A stretch of 64,000 nt of DNA from Candidatus Angelobacter sp. (GCA_035294925.1 DATGJZ010000142.1:65357-129356), one strand, 5' to 3'. Counted from the stretch's first letter, positions 28,235 to 39,387 are shown. Notes: generated by a model not told the origin, from the sequence alone. A program made the numbers and translations.

Positions 28235-31200
28235 TTAAGGCTGATCGTCGTCTTTCTCTTCCTCCTCGCCGGCTCCTGAACTGGCTCCGCCTTCTGCTTT
28301 GATCTGGATGGGGTTGCCGGCGAACAGGGTGCTTGATCCATGCTCGGCGGCTACCTTGTTGAATGCGGGGACATCTGTGTTCAACAAGGCGTTCACTTCC
28401 TGGAGATGCTGCTGCAGTTCCTTGCGCAGAGAGGCGGCTTCTTCAAGCTGCAGTGGGCCGGGCGCTTCGCCATAGGGGCCCATAACTCCGCGCATGATTC
28501 CCTGCAACTGATCGTGGAAGCGTTGCAAGTAGTGGACGTCGTCCTGGCCGAATGGCTGTACTTCAGTGTTATAGAGCGGCTTTTGCAGGGCTATAAGCTT
28601 TTTGTCCAGCGACCTGGCCTGCTCCAGCACAGGCTTGTAGGAGACATCCACCTGGCTATCCTGGCCCTCCTGGCCGCCAATGAGTTCCTGGAGGCTGGAG
28701 ATTTGTTTGTGCAGGCTGTTGAGCCGGTTCAGGGCTTCATTCATGGCTGAGACTTCGTCGCGCAGCTCCAAAGCCAGCTTGAGCTGGGCGCGGAGGGCAT
28801 TCACGTCCGGGTTGAAGCGGGGATCGGTCTGAACTTGAACTTCCCGCGTTTCCGTCTTGCCATTGACGGTAACGGCTACTTTGTACGTGCCGGGCAGGGC
28901 GGTGGGTCCGCTGTTCGGGTCAAAGAAGAATCCCTCCTCTTCACGATCCGCGGGTGGGGCGGGCAGGAAGGTGAGTTTCTTAGGCCCGTCATACCGCAGG
29001 TTCCAGGAAACCCGATTGATGCCGAACTTGGACGGGCCGTACATGGTGTGAATGATCTGTCCGGAGCTGTCAGAGATCACGATCTTCACCGGCGTCTGAC
29101 CTTTCTTGCGATCTTCCGGGGTGACTTTGATCTCAGAGGGCAGGTAGTACGTGAGTTCGGCGCCGCTGGCGGGATTGGGCGCAACGTAGCCACCCGAACT
29201 GAAACCATGCTTGTTCCAGTTGTGCCAGTTGACCGCGGGCAAGCCTGAAAACAAGTGGAAATCACTGCGCGCCACCTGCGCACCACTTTCTTCCAGCGGA
29301 GTGATGTCGTCCAGAATGAACAGACCGCGCCCGTGGGTGGCCACTACCAAATCATGGGTCCGCTTGATGATTTTTATGTCATAGATGGGGACGGTGGGAA
29401 AATTGCTCTTGAGCGGCGTCCAGTGGGAGCCGTCGTCGGCGGAATAGAACAGGCCGGTATCCGTGCCGACCACCAGGAATCCTTTGTGATTCGGGTCTTC
29501 ACGGACCACCCGGGCGGGATCTTCTTCCGGCAGACCCTGCATGATTGCGGTCCAGGTCTTGCCATAGTCATGAGTCTTGAATACGAAAGGCTTGTTGTTG
29601 TCCACCTCGTGAAAATCTACTGCGACGTAGGCAGTGGCGGGATCGTTCGGAGAGGCCTCAATCTGCTGAATGCGCCCCCATTGCGGGAGATTCGACATGC
29701 CGGCGGTGACGTTGCTCCAATTTGCACCGCCATCGCGCGTCATCTGCACGACTCCATCGTCCGTCCCGACCCAGATGATCTTGGGATCAAGCGGCGAGAT
29801 GGAGAAGGAGAGGATGCAGTCAAAGGTTTCAGCGCCGCTGATGTCATATTCAATGGAGCCACCGCTGGTTTCCTGCTTGGTTTTATCGTTGCGGGTGAGG
29901 TCAGGACTGATGGGTGTCCAAGTTGCTCCAGCATCAGTCGATTTGAACAGGACGTTGCCGCCAATGTAGACCTCATTGGGATCGGTGTAAGAGACGGCGA
30001 TGGGGGAAGTCCAGTTAAAGCGATACTTCAAGTCTGCCGGCTTCTTGAGCTGCACGCCATGGAGATACGGGCGAATGAAGCTGGAGAGGCCGTTCTGGAT
30101 GTTGACACGCTGAACGGAGCCGTTCTGAGAATCCACGTAGACAAGGTGGGTATCTTTTCCGTGGGCCGGGACTGCGTACTCGCCATCGCCTCCGGTCACC
30201 GTGAACCAGTCGTAGCCGCTGATTCCGCCGCGGCTCAAGCTGTTGGAGGGGCCGCACCAGGCGTTGTTATCCTGAAGGCCGCCGCACAGGTTATAAGGAG
30301 AGCTATCATCCTCGGCGACCGAGTAGAACTGCTCGATGGGCAAATTATCCAGATAGCGCCAGGTGCGAGCTCCATCGGAGGTCACGTAAGCGCCGCCATC
30401 GTTGCCATCAATCATGCGATCCGGATCCAGAGGATCGATCCACAAAGCATGATGGTCGACGTGAACACCACCGCGCGTGGTGTTACGTCCGGTCTTTCCG
30501 CCATCCTCGGAAAGCATGATGTTGTAGTTGATGAAGTAGACCTTATTTTCATTGTTAGGGGCGACGGCGATCTGGCTGAAGTAAAAGGGGCGGGCATTGA
30601 AGCTGTGGTTATCGGAAATCTGCCGCCAGTGGTCGCCCAGATCGATGGTGTCCCAGGCGATGCCTTTTTTGGATTCAACCACGGCGTAGATGTGCCGAGG
30701 GTTGCTGATTGAGGCTGCGAGACCGATTCTTCCAGTCAGCCCCTCCGGCAGGCCTTCCGTCAGTTTCTTCCAGGTAATGCCGCCATCATTGGAGCGAAAG
30801 ATGCCGCCGGTTGTGCCGCCACTTTCCAGGGTCCATGGATAGCGGCGCAAGGGCCACAAGCCGGCAAAGAGCACCATAGGATTGTTGGGATCCATGATGA
30901 GCGAACTGACGCCCGTGGTGTCGTCAATATAGAGGACTTTCTTCCAGTTCTTACCGCCATCGGTGGTGCGGAAGACGCCGCGGTCCACGTTCGGGCCCCA
31001 GACGTGCCCGAGGACGCCAACCAAAACAATGTTGGGATCATGCGGGTCGATCACGATGTTGGAGATCTGTCCCGCATCTTTCAGTCCCATGAAATTCCAG
31101 GTTGCTCCGGCGTCAGGAGAGAAATAGACACCGCGGCCGGTAATAAGATCGTTGCGCGGATTGGACTCGCCGGTGCCGACCCACACCAGGTTGGGATTGG

Positions 31201-31573
31201 AGGGCGCGAGGGCGATGGCGCCAATCGAAGCCGTGCTCTCCTTCTCGAAGATGGCCTTCCAGGAGAGGCCGCCATCCTGGGTGAACCACACTCCTCCTCC
31301 GCCTGCTCCGGCATAGTAGACATTGGGCTTGCCGGGAATGCCGACGACGGCTGAGATGCGTCCGCCACCCACAGCGGGACCCAGGTTGCGGAATTTCATG
31401 TTCTCCAGCGGATCTTTGCCATGGTTGTCCTCAGCCTTTTGCGGAGTGTTATCTTCCGCGTTTTCGGCGGTGCGCGAGGAGCGCCGGTCAGAACGATGCT
31501 CCTGAGCGGTGAGTGAGGCCACAAGGCCCAAGACCAGGACAACTACAAGAAGGCATTTCACGAGTGTTTTCAT
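28235..31573 (-). CDS. Secreted BNR/Asp-box repeat protein (sortilin/VPS10-like beta-propellers)
   Basis: Signal peptide. At least 9 Asp-box motifs S/T-x-D-x-G-x-T/S-W (TQDGGLSWK, SPDAGATWN, TTDGGKNWK, SNDGGITWK, TSDGARTWR, STDAGATWT, TRDGGANWS, THDYGKTWT, SADDGSHWT). 1112 aa. Confidence 0.85.
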   Translation of the reverse strand: MKTLVKCLLVVVLVLGLVASLTAQEHRSDRRSSRTAENAEDNTPQKAEDNHGKDPLENMKFRNLGPAVGGGRISAVVGIPGKPNVYYAGAGGGGVWFTQDGGLSWKAIFEKESTASIGAIALAPSNPNLVWVGTGESNPRNDLITGRGVYFSPDAGATWNFMGLKDAGQISNIVIDPHDPNIVLVGVLGHVWGPNVDRGVFRTTDGGKNWKKVLYIDDTTGVSSLIMDPNNPMVLFAGLWPLRRYPWTLESGGTTGGIFRSNDGGITWKKLTEGLPEGLTGRIGLAASISNPRHIYAVVESKKGIAWDTIDLGDHWRQISDNHSFNARPFYFSQIAVAPNNENKVYFINYNIMLSEDGGKTGRNTTRGGVHVDHHALWIDPLDPDRMIDGNDGGAYVTSDGARTWRYLDNLPIEQFYSVAEDDSSPYNLCGGLQDNNAWCGPSNSLSRGGISGYDWFTVTGGDGEYAVPAHGKDTHLVYVDSQNGSVQRVNIQNGLSSFIRPYLHGVQLKKPADLKYRFNWTSPIAVSYTDPNEVYIGGNVLFKSTDAGATWTPISPDLTRNDKTKQETSGGSIEYDISGAETFDCILSFSISPLDPKIIWVGTDDGVVQMTRDGGANWSNVTAGMSNLPQWGRIQQIEASPNDPATAYVAVDFHEVDNNKPFVFKTHDYGKTWTAIMQGLPEEDPARVVREDPNHKGFLVVGTDTGLFYSADDGSHWTPLKSNFPTVPIYDIKIIKRTHDLVVATHGRGLFILDDITPLEESGAQVARSDFHLFSGLPAVNWHNWNKHGFSSGGYVAPNPASGAELTYYLPSEIKVTPEDRKKGQTPVKIVISDSSGQIIHTMYGPSKFGINRVSWNLRYDGPKKLTFLPAPPADREEEGFFFDPNSGPTALPGTYKVAVTVNGKTETREVQVQTDPRFNPDVNALRAQLKLALELRDEVSAMNEALNRLNSLHKQISSLQELIGGQEGQDSQVDVSYKPVLEQARSLDKKLIALQKPLYNTEVQPFGQDDVHYLQRFHDQLQGIMRGVMGPYGEAPGPLQLEEAASLRKELQQHLQEVNALLNTDVPAFNKVAAEHGSSTLFAGNPIQIKAEGGASSGAGEEEEKDDDQP

Positions 31574-31806
31574 GAGAAAACTCCAACCAAGAAGAGATAC
31601 TGACGATTGTTAAACGGCGAATGATACCGCAAATTGAGGCTTTCTGCACGGGCTTGTGGGCAGTGGGTAGTAAGGGATCAGGCTGGTGGAAATCTCAGGG
31701 GCTGCACATGTGGTTACGAAGGCAATACAGCAATGCATGATGGCGAGACGGTTCCGACACGGATTAGAATGCTAGACGCCAGTGAGCTGGCAAGAGGAGC
31801 GCCAAA

Positions 31807-32502
31807 ATGAAAAAGCTAAGCATCGTAATCACCGCGCTGTTACTGTCTGTTGCCGTTCAAGGCCAGCAAAAAGAGCAGGACCGTCTGCAGCATGCAGGCA
31901 AAGTGCTAGGCGAGATCCTGAACATTCCGGATAACCTTCCCAAGCCGGTGCTGGACCGCTCCGACTGCGTGATCGTGCTGCCTTCGGTGAAGAAGGGCGC
32001 CTTGGGAGTTGGGGCCAGCATTGGCCGGGGCGCAATGTCCTGCCGCACTGGAGCCAACTTTAACGGTCCGTGGGGTCCCCCGGCGATGTATGCGCTGGAA
32101 GGCATAAGCTTTGGATTTCAGATCGGAGGCCAGGCGACAGATTTTGTCCTCCTGATCATGAACAATCATGGAGTGAATATGCTGCTGAAAAGCAAAGCGA
32201 AGCTGGGCGCGGATGCCTCTGCCGCCGCCGGGCCTGTGGGGCGCGATGCTGAAGCTGCGACTGACGTGGCCTTGCACGCTGAGATCCTGACGTATTCCCG
32301 CGCAAAAGGTCTTTTCGCCGGCATCTCGCTGGAAGGTTCAACTTTGCGTCCGGATGGCAGCGCGAATCACAACCTGTATGGACGTGACATTTTGGCGAAG
32401 GAGATTGTGCGCGAAGGTAAAGTGAGGACACCCGCCGCGGGCCAGTTGATGGTGTCCACATTGGAGAAGGCCTCGCCTAGAAACAAGCAGGGAACGAAGT
32501 AG
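31807..32502 (+). CDS. SYLF (Ysc84/DUF500) lipid-binding domain protein, secreted
   Basis: Signal peptide, then DCVIVLPSVKKGALGVGASIGRGAMSCR...GISFGFQIGGQATDFVLLIMN...LGADASAAAGPVGRDAEAATD...ILTYSRAKGLFAGISLEGSTL, which is typical of SYLF domains. Confidence 0.8.
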   Translation: MKKLSIVITALLLSVAVQGQQKEQDRLQHAGKVLGEILNIPDNLPKPVLDRSDCVIVLPSVKKGALGVGASIGRGAMSCRTGANFNGPWGPPAMYALEGISFGFQIGGQATDFVLLIMNNHGVNMLLKSKAKLGADASAAAGPVGRDAEAATDVALHAEILTYSRAKGLFAGISLEGSTLRPDGSANHNLYGRDILAKEIVREGKVRTPAAGQLMVSTLEKASPRNKQGTK

Positions 32503-32864
32503 TAGCTCTTGGCCCTTGGCCTTTGGCCCTTGGGTCATGCATGGTTGTTCTCTCTTTTTGGTTGGGGCTGACCATTTGGTTTGGGCAATCAAGTACTGAA
32601 CTCCTGAAGACGAAAGCCAACGGCTAAAGGCAAATGCGGTTTACAGCGTTTCGGAACCGATTGGGTTAATGGGTAGCGCAAGGTCCCTCCGATTTACCCG
32701 CGCTCGCGCGCGAGTCAACCCTCGGGATGACGGAGCGTTTTGGGGTTAAGGAGCGTAACGACGAGTCCAATATTCCGGCGGCCCCACTACAAGGGAAGAA
32801 ACAACCATACACGAGCCGATGGCCGTTTGCTCATCGCTATTTGCTGTTTTGCTACACTCCTTTC

Positions 32865-34079
32865 ATGGGAAAAATTGCCTATCTGGAATGCTCGAAATGC
32901 GGCCGGCACATCGGGGCGGAGAAGCCACAGACGATCTGCCCGGAAGATGGTGGATCGTTGTACGTCCGCTACGACCTGGGTTCTTTGAAGGGAAAATTTA
33001 CGCGCGAGTCGTTGCGTGGGCGTCCTGCCAATATGTGGCGCTACGCGGAAGTTCTGCCCAGCGACCATCCGGTGACGCTGGGTGAGGGCTTTACGCCCAT
33101 GCTCCCCAGCCGTGAAAATCCTCATGTCTATATTAAAGATGAAGGATTGAATCCCACGGGATCATTCAAAGCACGGGGCCTGTGCGCAGCCGTCACTATG
33201 GCCCGGCATTATGGATTGAAGAAGCTGGCTGTACCTTCCGCGGGAAACGCCGCCAGCGCTCTGGCGGCATACTGCGCGGCCTGCGGCATTCAAGCTCACA
33301 TCTTCATGCCCAAAGACGTGCCCACGGCAAATTACGTGGAGTGCAAGGCTTATGGCGCCAAAGTCACGCTGGTGGATGGATTGATCTCCGACTGTGCGCG
33401 CATGGTGAATGAACGCAAGCAGGCCGAGGGGTGGTTTGACATCTCTACCTTGAAAGAGCCGTTCCGCGTGGAAGGAAAAAAGACGATGGGCTATGAAGTG
33501 GCCGAGCAGCTTGACTGGAAGCTGCCGGACGCAATCTTTTATCCTACGGGCGGCGGGGTGGGATTGATTGGCATGTGGAAGGCATTTGATGAGATGGAGC
33601 AGCTGGGCTGGATTGGGAAGGAGCGCCCGAAGATGATTTCAGTCCAGGCTTCAGGATGTGCTCCGGTGGCGAAGGCCTGGGATGAGCACAAATCCGTGGC
33701 GGAAGTCTGGCAGAATGCGCATACCCTGGCTGCCGGCCTACGCGTGCCCAAGCCTTATGCTGATTACATTATCCTGGATATTCTGAAGCAAAGCAGCGGT
33801 ACGGCGATTGCGGTTTCCGACGAGCAGATTTTCGATGCAGTCCAGCAGTGGGCGAGCCGAGAGGGAGTCTTCGCCGCTCCTGAAGGCGCGGCATCGCTGG
33901 CGGCATACGAGATCCTGCTGGAGCAGAAATTCCTGAAGCCCAGTGACAAAGTTGTGCTGTTCAACACCGGATCAGGATTGAAGTACATAGATGTAATTGC
34001 CAAGGCCATGGAGCCAGAGCAGGCGCGGCCGGCAATGCCGGCATCACGGAATATTGGGGGAATTATTCAACCATACTGA
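32865..34079 (+). CDS. thrC: Threonine synthase
   Basis: PLP-lysine motif GSFKARG, N-terminal Cys-rich ribbon (CSKCGRH...CPEDGG), tryptophan-synthase-beta fold length. The internal ATG at 32865 is preferred because the upstream extension translates a family-C repeat. Confidence 0.88.
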   Translation: MGKIAYLECSKCGRHIGAEKPQTICPEDGGSLYVRYDLGSLKGKFTRESLRGRPANMWRYAEVLPSDHPVTLGEGFTPMLPSRENPHVYIKDEGLNPTGSFKARGLCAAVTMARHYGLKKLAVPSAGNAASALAAYCAACGIQAHIFMPKDVPTANYVECKAYGAKVTLVDGLISDCARMVNERKQAEGWFDISTLKEPFRVEGKKTMGYEVAEQLDWKLPDAIFYPTGGGVGLIGMWKAFDEMEQLGWIGKERPKMISVQASGCAPVAKAWDEHKSVAEVWQNAHTLAAGLRVPKPYADYIILDILKQSSGTAIAVSDEQIFDAVQQWASREGVFAAPEGAASLAAYEILLEQKFLKPSDKVVLFNTGSGLKYIDVIAKAMEPEQARPAMPASRNIGGIIQPY

Positions 34080-34153
34080 GTACTTAGTATTTAGTAATTA
34101 GTAATTAGCAAAATCGCAGCAACTCCAAATGTTGGCACTTTTGGCAATCAACC

Positions 34154-35419
34154 ATGACTCATCGTCTTTACTATCACGACTCCTTCCTTTATAGCTTTGA
34201 GGCTCGCGTGCTTGAGTCTGTGGAGCGTGGGGGAAAGACTGCGGTTGTGCTGGACCAGACCGCTTTTTATCCCACCAGCGGCGGGCAGGTATACGATACC
34301 GGAAAGTTGATTCTGGAAAATGAAAGGGAAGCAGCGGTTGCGGAGGTCGCGGAAGAAGAGGATGGAAGGATCTATCACTTTACTTCGGCACCGGTGGAGC
34401 AAGGGCAGGCAGTCCGCGGGCTGGTAGATGCGGCGCGCCGCCGCGATCACATGCAGCAGCACTCCGGCCAGCATGTGCTTTCAGCGGCCTTCGTCCGCCT
34501 GTTCGATGCGCCGACCGTCAGCTTTCACATGGGGGTGGAGAGCTGCACCATTGACCTGGCGGTGAAAGCGCTGAGCAGCAGCCAGGTGGCCCAGGCCGAG
34601 CAACTGGCCAATGAAGTTGGCACGGAAGACCGCCCGGTGAGCATCAAGTTTGTCTCCCTGGATGAAGCGCGCCAGCTCAACCTGCGCAAGCTGCCACCAA
34701 AGCAGACGGGCCAGCTTCGCCTGATTGATATTGCCGATTTTGATTTGACTGCGTGTGGCGGCACTCACGTCCGTTCTACGGGACAGATCGGCAGCATACT
34801 GCTGCGCAAAATCGAAAATGTGAAGCAGGGCATCCGGGTGGAGTTTGTCTGTGGGTTGCGGGCCGTTGCCACCGCGCGCCAGGATTATGCGACGCTCAGC
34901 GAAGCTGCCGGACTTTTTTCAGCGCACATCCGCGAATTGCCGCAGCAGGTGCAGAAGTCGATTCAAGAGAACAAGGCTGCGGGCAAAGTGCAGCAGAAGC
35001 TGTTGGAAGAGCTGGCGGAGCTACATGCAGGACGACTATTAGCGCAGAGCACCGGCATGCCGCGCATCATCACCGCGGCCTTACCGGAGCGCGACGCCAC
35101 CTTTATCAAGCTGCTGGCGCAGAAGCTCACTGCGGCTCAGCCTGAAGTTGTTGCGCTGCTGGCCTCCGGCGCTGGCCAGATAGCGCTCTCACCCCTCCAC
35201 GCGCAAGGGCAAGAGCAGCGCGTGTTGGGGGCCCCGGCGCTAGTCTTCGCGCAGAGTCCGGGATTCAAGTTTAATATGGGCCAACTCATGAAGGACGCCA
35301 TGGCCAGCCTGGGCGGGCGCGGCGGCGGATCGGCGGACATGGCCCAGGGCGGGCTCTCAGCCAAAATGAGCTTGTCTGATATTGAAGGCTTGCTGCACGA
35401 ATTGGCAGCAAAATTCTAA
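34154..35419 (+). CDS. alaX: Alanyl-tRNA editing protein AlaX-L type (AlaRS editing + DHHA1-like C-terminus)
   Basis: Zinc-binding editing motifs HSGQHVL (HxxxH) and CGGTHV, plus a C-terminal GGRGGGSADMAQGG motif. Confidence 0.8.
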   Translation: MTHRLYYHDSFLYSFEARVLESVERGGKTAVVLDQTAFYPTSGGQVYDTGKLILENEREAAVAEVAEEEDGRIYHFTSAPVEQGQAVRGLVDAARRRDHMQQHSGQHVLSAAFVRLFDAPTVSFHMGVESCTIDLAVKALSSSQVAQAEQLANEVGTEDRPVSIKFVSLDEARQLNLRKLPPKQTGQLRLIDIADFDLTACGGTHVRSTGQIGSILLRKIENVKQGIRVEFVCGLRAVATARQDYATLSEAAGLFSAHIRELPQQVQKSIQENKAAGKVQQKLLEELAELHAGRLLAQSTGMPRIITAALPERDATFIKLLAQKLTAAQPEVVALLASGAGQIALSPLHAQGQEQRVLGAPALVFAQSPGFKFNMGQLMKDAMASLGGRGGGSADMAQGGLSAKMSLSDIEGLLHELAAKF

Positions 35420-35594
35420 TTGCAGAATTTCTCCTGATGCTGCTCACAAAGGCTGCCGGGTGTTCAGGAGCAGTATGGTACCCACTGCATATACGGTCAC
35501 GCACCCTCCGACCGGGCTTGACGCGAGAGGACTACACCTTTTGAGTGACTCTTGCCAGCTTCAATAGCCACTTTTCCGGTCTAAACTTCCCCTG

Positions 35595-36851
35595 ATGCTC
35601 TCGGTACGTATAGTTTTGTTCTCAACATTTCTGCTCTCGAACCTAGTTGCCTTCAGCCAGGTCAGAGAGGCGATTGATACTGCTGTCGCTCCGGGGCAGG
35701 GGAAGGTAATGGACGCTGACCCATTTGAGGCTGGGACCGGCATTTACTTTCGCGAACACACCGACCTGGTAGTCAAGGACAGCATTCCCATTGAGTTCGT
35801 GCGCACACAGAGGAACATGGATTCGAGATCCAGAGCTTTTGGAATTGGGGCCAGCACTTCCTACGACATGTTCATCATTGGCGACGTCAAACAGTTCTCA
35901 TGGGTTGCATTGGTGCTGGCCAACGGCTCACAGGTGAGATACGCGCGCACATCGCCGGGAACCGGGTACGCGGACGGTGTTTTTCTGGACGTGAGCGATC
36001 CCAGTGAATTTCTCGGTTCGCGTATTTCCTGGAATGGGCACGGAGGATGGACGGTGAAGATGCGTGACGGACGCGAGTACACGGTGCAAGGTTGTAATGC
36101 GAGTAGCAAGCCGGGACAATGTGCTGTCACCGAGATCAAAAACTCACAAGGGGAGCGTCTCGTCATTCAGAGGGATGGAGAGGGAAACATTCTCCGCATA
36201 ACTTCACCGCACGGGCATTTCATTTCTATGCGGAATGATTCAGAAGGGCGCATCTTGCACGCCCAAGACGACTCGGGCAAGTGGGCCAGTTATAGGTACG
36301 ACGATCACGGCTGCCTGATTGAGACAACCAACTGGCGGCGGGATCGCCAGGAGTTCCGTTACGACAGCAAATTCAACATGGTTTACGTTCACGAATGGGG
36401 GCCAAATGGCAGCGATGGGGAGGGGCCCTACAACTTTACAATCAGCAACAAGTTCAATGAGCAGGACCGCTTCTCGTCGCAACGGGTGAGTACGGGCGAT
36501 ATATGGTCTGCCGAGTATCACGTGGACGATCAGGGACATGTTCGACAGACTGACGTGAGAGACAACACCAGTTTAATCCGGTACTTCTTTGATGAAGCCG
36601 GGTACAGTTATCGGGAGGAGTTCGAACCCAGGAATCAGCAGAGGTGGGTTCTGGACTATGCCCGCGAACCTAAGACTCGGGAGATTCTGGGGGTAACGCT
36701 GTCATGTCCATTGTCCCAACGGCACTTACCCGGTAAGTTCGCAGAGCTGATTGGTGAAATGGGAGAGGCGCACAAAGCATTTGTTTCCCAAATGTGCCGG
36801 GAAATTCTTCCGCAACCCAACGCGGACGCCGGCACCAGGAGCAGTTTTTGA
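35595..36851 (+). CDS. Secreted YD/RHS-repeat protein
   Basis: Signal peptide, then YD-type repeats (GNILRITSPHGHFISMRNDSEGRILHAQDDSGKWASYRYDDHGCLIETTNWRRDRQEFRYD). Confidence 0.7.
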   Translation: MLSVRIVLFSTFLLSNLVAFSQVREAIDTAVAPGQGKVMDADPFEAGTGIYFREHTDLVVKDSIPIEFVRTQRNMDSRSRAFGIGASTSYDMFIIGDVKQFSWVALVLANGSQVRYARTSPGTGYADGVFLDVSDPSEFLGSRISWNGHGGWTVKMRDGREYTVQGCNASSKPGQCAVTEIKNSQGERLVIQRDGEGNILRITSPHGHFISMRNDSEGRILHAQDDSGKWASYRYDDHGCLIETTNWRRDRQEFRYDSKFNMVYVHEWGPNGSDGEGPYNFTISNKFNEQDRFSSQRVSTGDIWSAEYHVDDQGHVRQTDVRDNTSLIRYFFDEAGYSYREEFEPRNQQRWVLDYAREPKTREILGVTLSCPLSQRHLPGKFAELIGEMGEAHKAFVSQMCREILPQPNADAGTRSSF

Positions 36852-36988
36852 GTCAACCGACTACTACACGATCCTATACGTGAAGTCGAGGGCAGGTAAT
36901 TCGGTTCGGCTGGCAGGTCCAACTAAAGCGACACATGCCAGAGCTTAGTCTTGCAGAAAACGGCCCGAAAGCTCTAATCTTGCTGCCT

Positions 36989-38380
36989 ATGATTCGATTC
37001 GCATCTCGCGCTGTTTGCGTTGTATTGGTGCTGGCGGGGGCGTCTTTTGGCCAGGCATCCCCTGATTTCGGCAAAGCGCACGACGAGGCGCTCAAGTTTC
37101 TTTCCGACCTGATCAAGATCAATACCAGCAATCCTCCGGGAAACGAGACACGCGCGGCGGAGTACATCAAAGGTGTGCTGGCGGCCGAAGGTATTCCGTC
37201 TCAGATTTACGAATCCGCTCCAGGACGCGGCAACCTGGTTGCCCGGCTCAAGGGTAATGGCAAGAAGAAGCCGCTGCTGCTCATGGGACATCTGGACGTG
37301 GTGGGCGTGGAGCGCGACAAGTGGTCGCTCGATCCATTCGCCGCCATTGCCAAAGACGGCTATCTTTACGGCCGAGGCTCGCATGACGACAAGGCGATGG
37401 ATGCCGCCAACCTGGAAATCCTTTTACTGTTGCATCGGATGAAGGTTCCGCTCGATCGCGATGTAATCCTGCTGGCCGAGGCAGGTGAAGAGGGGACGAC
37501 GCAATTTGGAATCGACTTTATGGTGGCTAACCGCTGGGAGGAGATTGCCTGCGAGTTTGCTCTGAACGAGGGAGGAAATACGCCGGAGGAAGGCGGGAAG
37601 GTTGCGTACGTGGGGGTTTCGACCACGGAGAAGGTACCACGAGGGATCAAGCTGGTGGCACACGGGACCAGCGGACACGGCTCGGCGCCACGCGTGGACA
37701 ATGCTATCGTCCATCTGGCGGCCGCCGTGGCCAAGGTGGGAACGTGGGAGGCGCCGATGCGGCTGAATGAAACTACGCGGCGCTTCTTCCAGCAGTTGGC
37801 TTTAATCAGCCCGCCAGAGCAGGCGCGGCTCTATGCTCATGTGGAAGATCCGGCGGTGCAGCAAAAGCTGCATGAAACGGATCCGGCTTATTACTCGATG
37901 CTGCGTACGTCGCTGGCGCCGACGATCATCAATGGCGGTTTTCGCTCCAATGTGATTCCGGCGGAGGCGGAGGCGCGGCTGGATGTGCGCGCACTGCCGG
38001 ACGAAGATATGACGGCGTTGAAGGCGCAGCTGACCCGGCTGATCAATGATCGGCAGGTTGAGATCATCGATGCGGAGACACAGTTTCTGCGTCCGGCCAC
38101 GCCGCCTTCAGGATTGAACACAGATGCGTTTCATGCGTTGGAGCGCGCCCAACAAAAAGTCTTTCCGGGTGTGCTGACCATCCCCATTCTGCAGGCCGGA
38201 GCCACGGATTCTTCCGAGCTGCGCGCCAAAGGAGTGCAGGCGTATGGGATTGGAACGTCATCGAGCGCGGATGATCGCAAGCGCATCCACGGCAATGATG
38301 AGCGGGTGGACATTGCCGGGTTTGGAAAATTTGTGGAGTTCCTGTACGCAGCGACGATCAACATGGCCGGGTCGCAATGA
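36989..38380 (+). CDS. M20-family metallopeptidase (ArgE/DapE/ACY1/CPG2-like), secreted
   Basis: Signal peptide from the ATG at 36989. Metal-binding motifs MGHLDVV, GRGSHDDK and LAEAGEE. Confidence 0.85.
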   Translation: MIRFASRAVCVVLVLAGASFGQASPDFGKAHDEALKFLSDLIKINTSNPPGNETRAAEYIKGVLAAEGIPSQIYESAPGRGNLVARLKGNGKKKPLLLMGHLDVVGVERDKWSLDPFAAIAKDGYLYGRGSHDDKAMDAANLEILLLLHRMKVPLDRDVILLAEAGEEGTTQFGIDFMVANRWEEIACEFALNEGGNTPEEGGKVAYVGVSTTEKVPRGIKLVAHGTSGHGSAPRVDNAIVHLAAAVAKVGTWEAPMRLNETTRRFFQQLALISPPEQARLYAHVEDPAVQQKLHETDPAYYSMLRTSLAPTIINGGFRSNVIPAEAEARLDVRALPDEDMTALKAQLTRLINDRQVEIIDAETQFLRPATPPSGLNTDAFHALERAQQKVFPGVLTIPILQAGATDSSELRAKGVQAYGIGTSSSADDRKRIHGNDERVDIAGFGKFVEFLYAATINMAGSQ

Positions 38381-38416
38381 GAATCCAGAGGCCATTCAAG
38401 AGACTATAAAGAGATC

Positions 38417-39202
38417 ATGATGAGCTTTCAGGGACAGCGAGTTTGGATCACGGGCGCGTCTGCCGGCATAGGTGAGGCGCTGGCCAAGTTATTTCATCAG
38501 GCCGGCACAAAGCTGATTCTCTCCGCCCGGCGGGAAGATGACTTGAAACGCGTGCAGAGCGAGTGCGGCGGCGAAGCTTCAGCGCGAGTTTTGCCACTCG
38601 ATGTGACCCAGACGGCGGAACTCCCGGAGAAGGCCCGCGCAGCGCTCGAGATGTTCGGAGGCATCGATATCCTGGTCAACAATGCGGGCGTGACGCAGCG
38701 GTCCCTGGTTGAGGACACGAAGATAGAGGTGTACCGCAAGCTGATGGAGGTGAATTTCTTCGGGGCAGTGGCCCTGACCAAAGAGGTCCTGCCTTCCATG
38801 GTGCAAAACAAACATGGACACATCGTGGTGATTTCCAGCCTGGTGGGCAAGTTCGGGACTCCCCTGCGATCGGGTTACGCCGCAGCCAAGCACGCACTGC
38901 ACGGCTTCTTCGATTCACTGCGCGCTGAAGTCAACCGCCACGGGATCAAGGTGACGCTGGTTTGTCCTGGCTACATTCGCACGGATGTGAGTTTGAACGC
39001 GCTGCGTGGCGATGGCAGCCCGCACGCCAAGATGGATTCAGGACAGGCGCGTGGCATGTCTGCCGAAGAGTGTGCGGCCCAGATCTTGAAAGCTGTTGCC
39101 CGGGGAAAAGAAGAAGTGAATGTGGGCGGCAGAGACACATACTTCGTCTATCTCAAGCGGTTCTTTCCCGGCGTGCTTTCGAGAATGGTTGCCAGGTCTT
39201 GA
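38417..39202 (+). CDS. Short-chain dehydrogenase/reductase (SDR)
   Basis: Cofactor motif ITGASAGIGEALA, NNAG, and catalytic YAAAKHAL. Confidence 0.9.
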   Translation: MMSFQGQRVWITGASAGIGEALAKLFHQAGTKLILSARREDDLKRVQSECGGEASARVLPLDVTQTAELPEKARAALEMFGGIDILVNNAGVTQRSLVEDTKIEVYRKLMEVNFFGAVALTKEVLPSMVQNKHGHIVVISSLVGKFGTPLRSGYAAAKHALHGFFDSLRAEVNRHGIKVTLVCPGYIRTDVSLNALRGDGSPHAKMDSGQARGMSAEECAAQILKAVARGKEEVNVGGRDTYFVYLKRFFPGVLSRMVARS

Positions 39203-39311
39203 GTTTGTGTGCGACGGTGAAGCGGGCGTCAGGCCGTCCAGAGATCCGCGGGCGATTTTGCCGGACTCTGGGGCGCTGGTAAAATCTAAGCAGCACTTTC
39301 TTCCCTCATGT

Positions 39312-39387
39312 GGGGCTATAGCTCAGCTGGGAGAGCGCATCGTTCGCAACGATGAGGTCGTCGGTTCGATCCCGACTAGCTCCACCA
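39312..39387 (+). tRNA. tRNA-Ala (anticodon CGC)
   Basis: 76-nt cloverleaf GGGGCTA-TA-GCTC-AGCTGGGA-GAGC-G-CATCG-TTCGCAA-CGATG-AGGTC-GTCGG-TTCGATC-CCGAC-TAGCTCC-A-CCA, with a G3:U70 identity pair and encoded CCA. Confidence 0.95.
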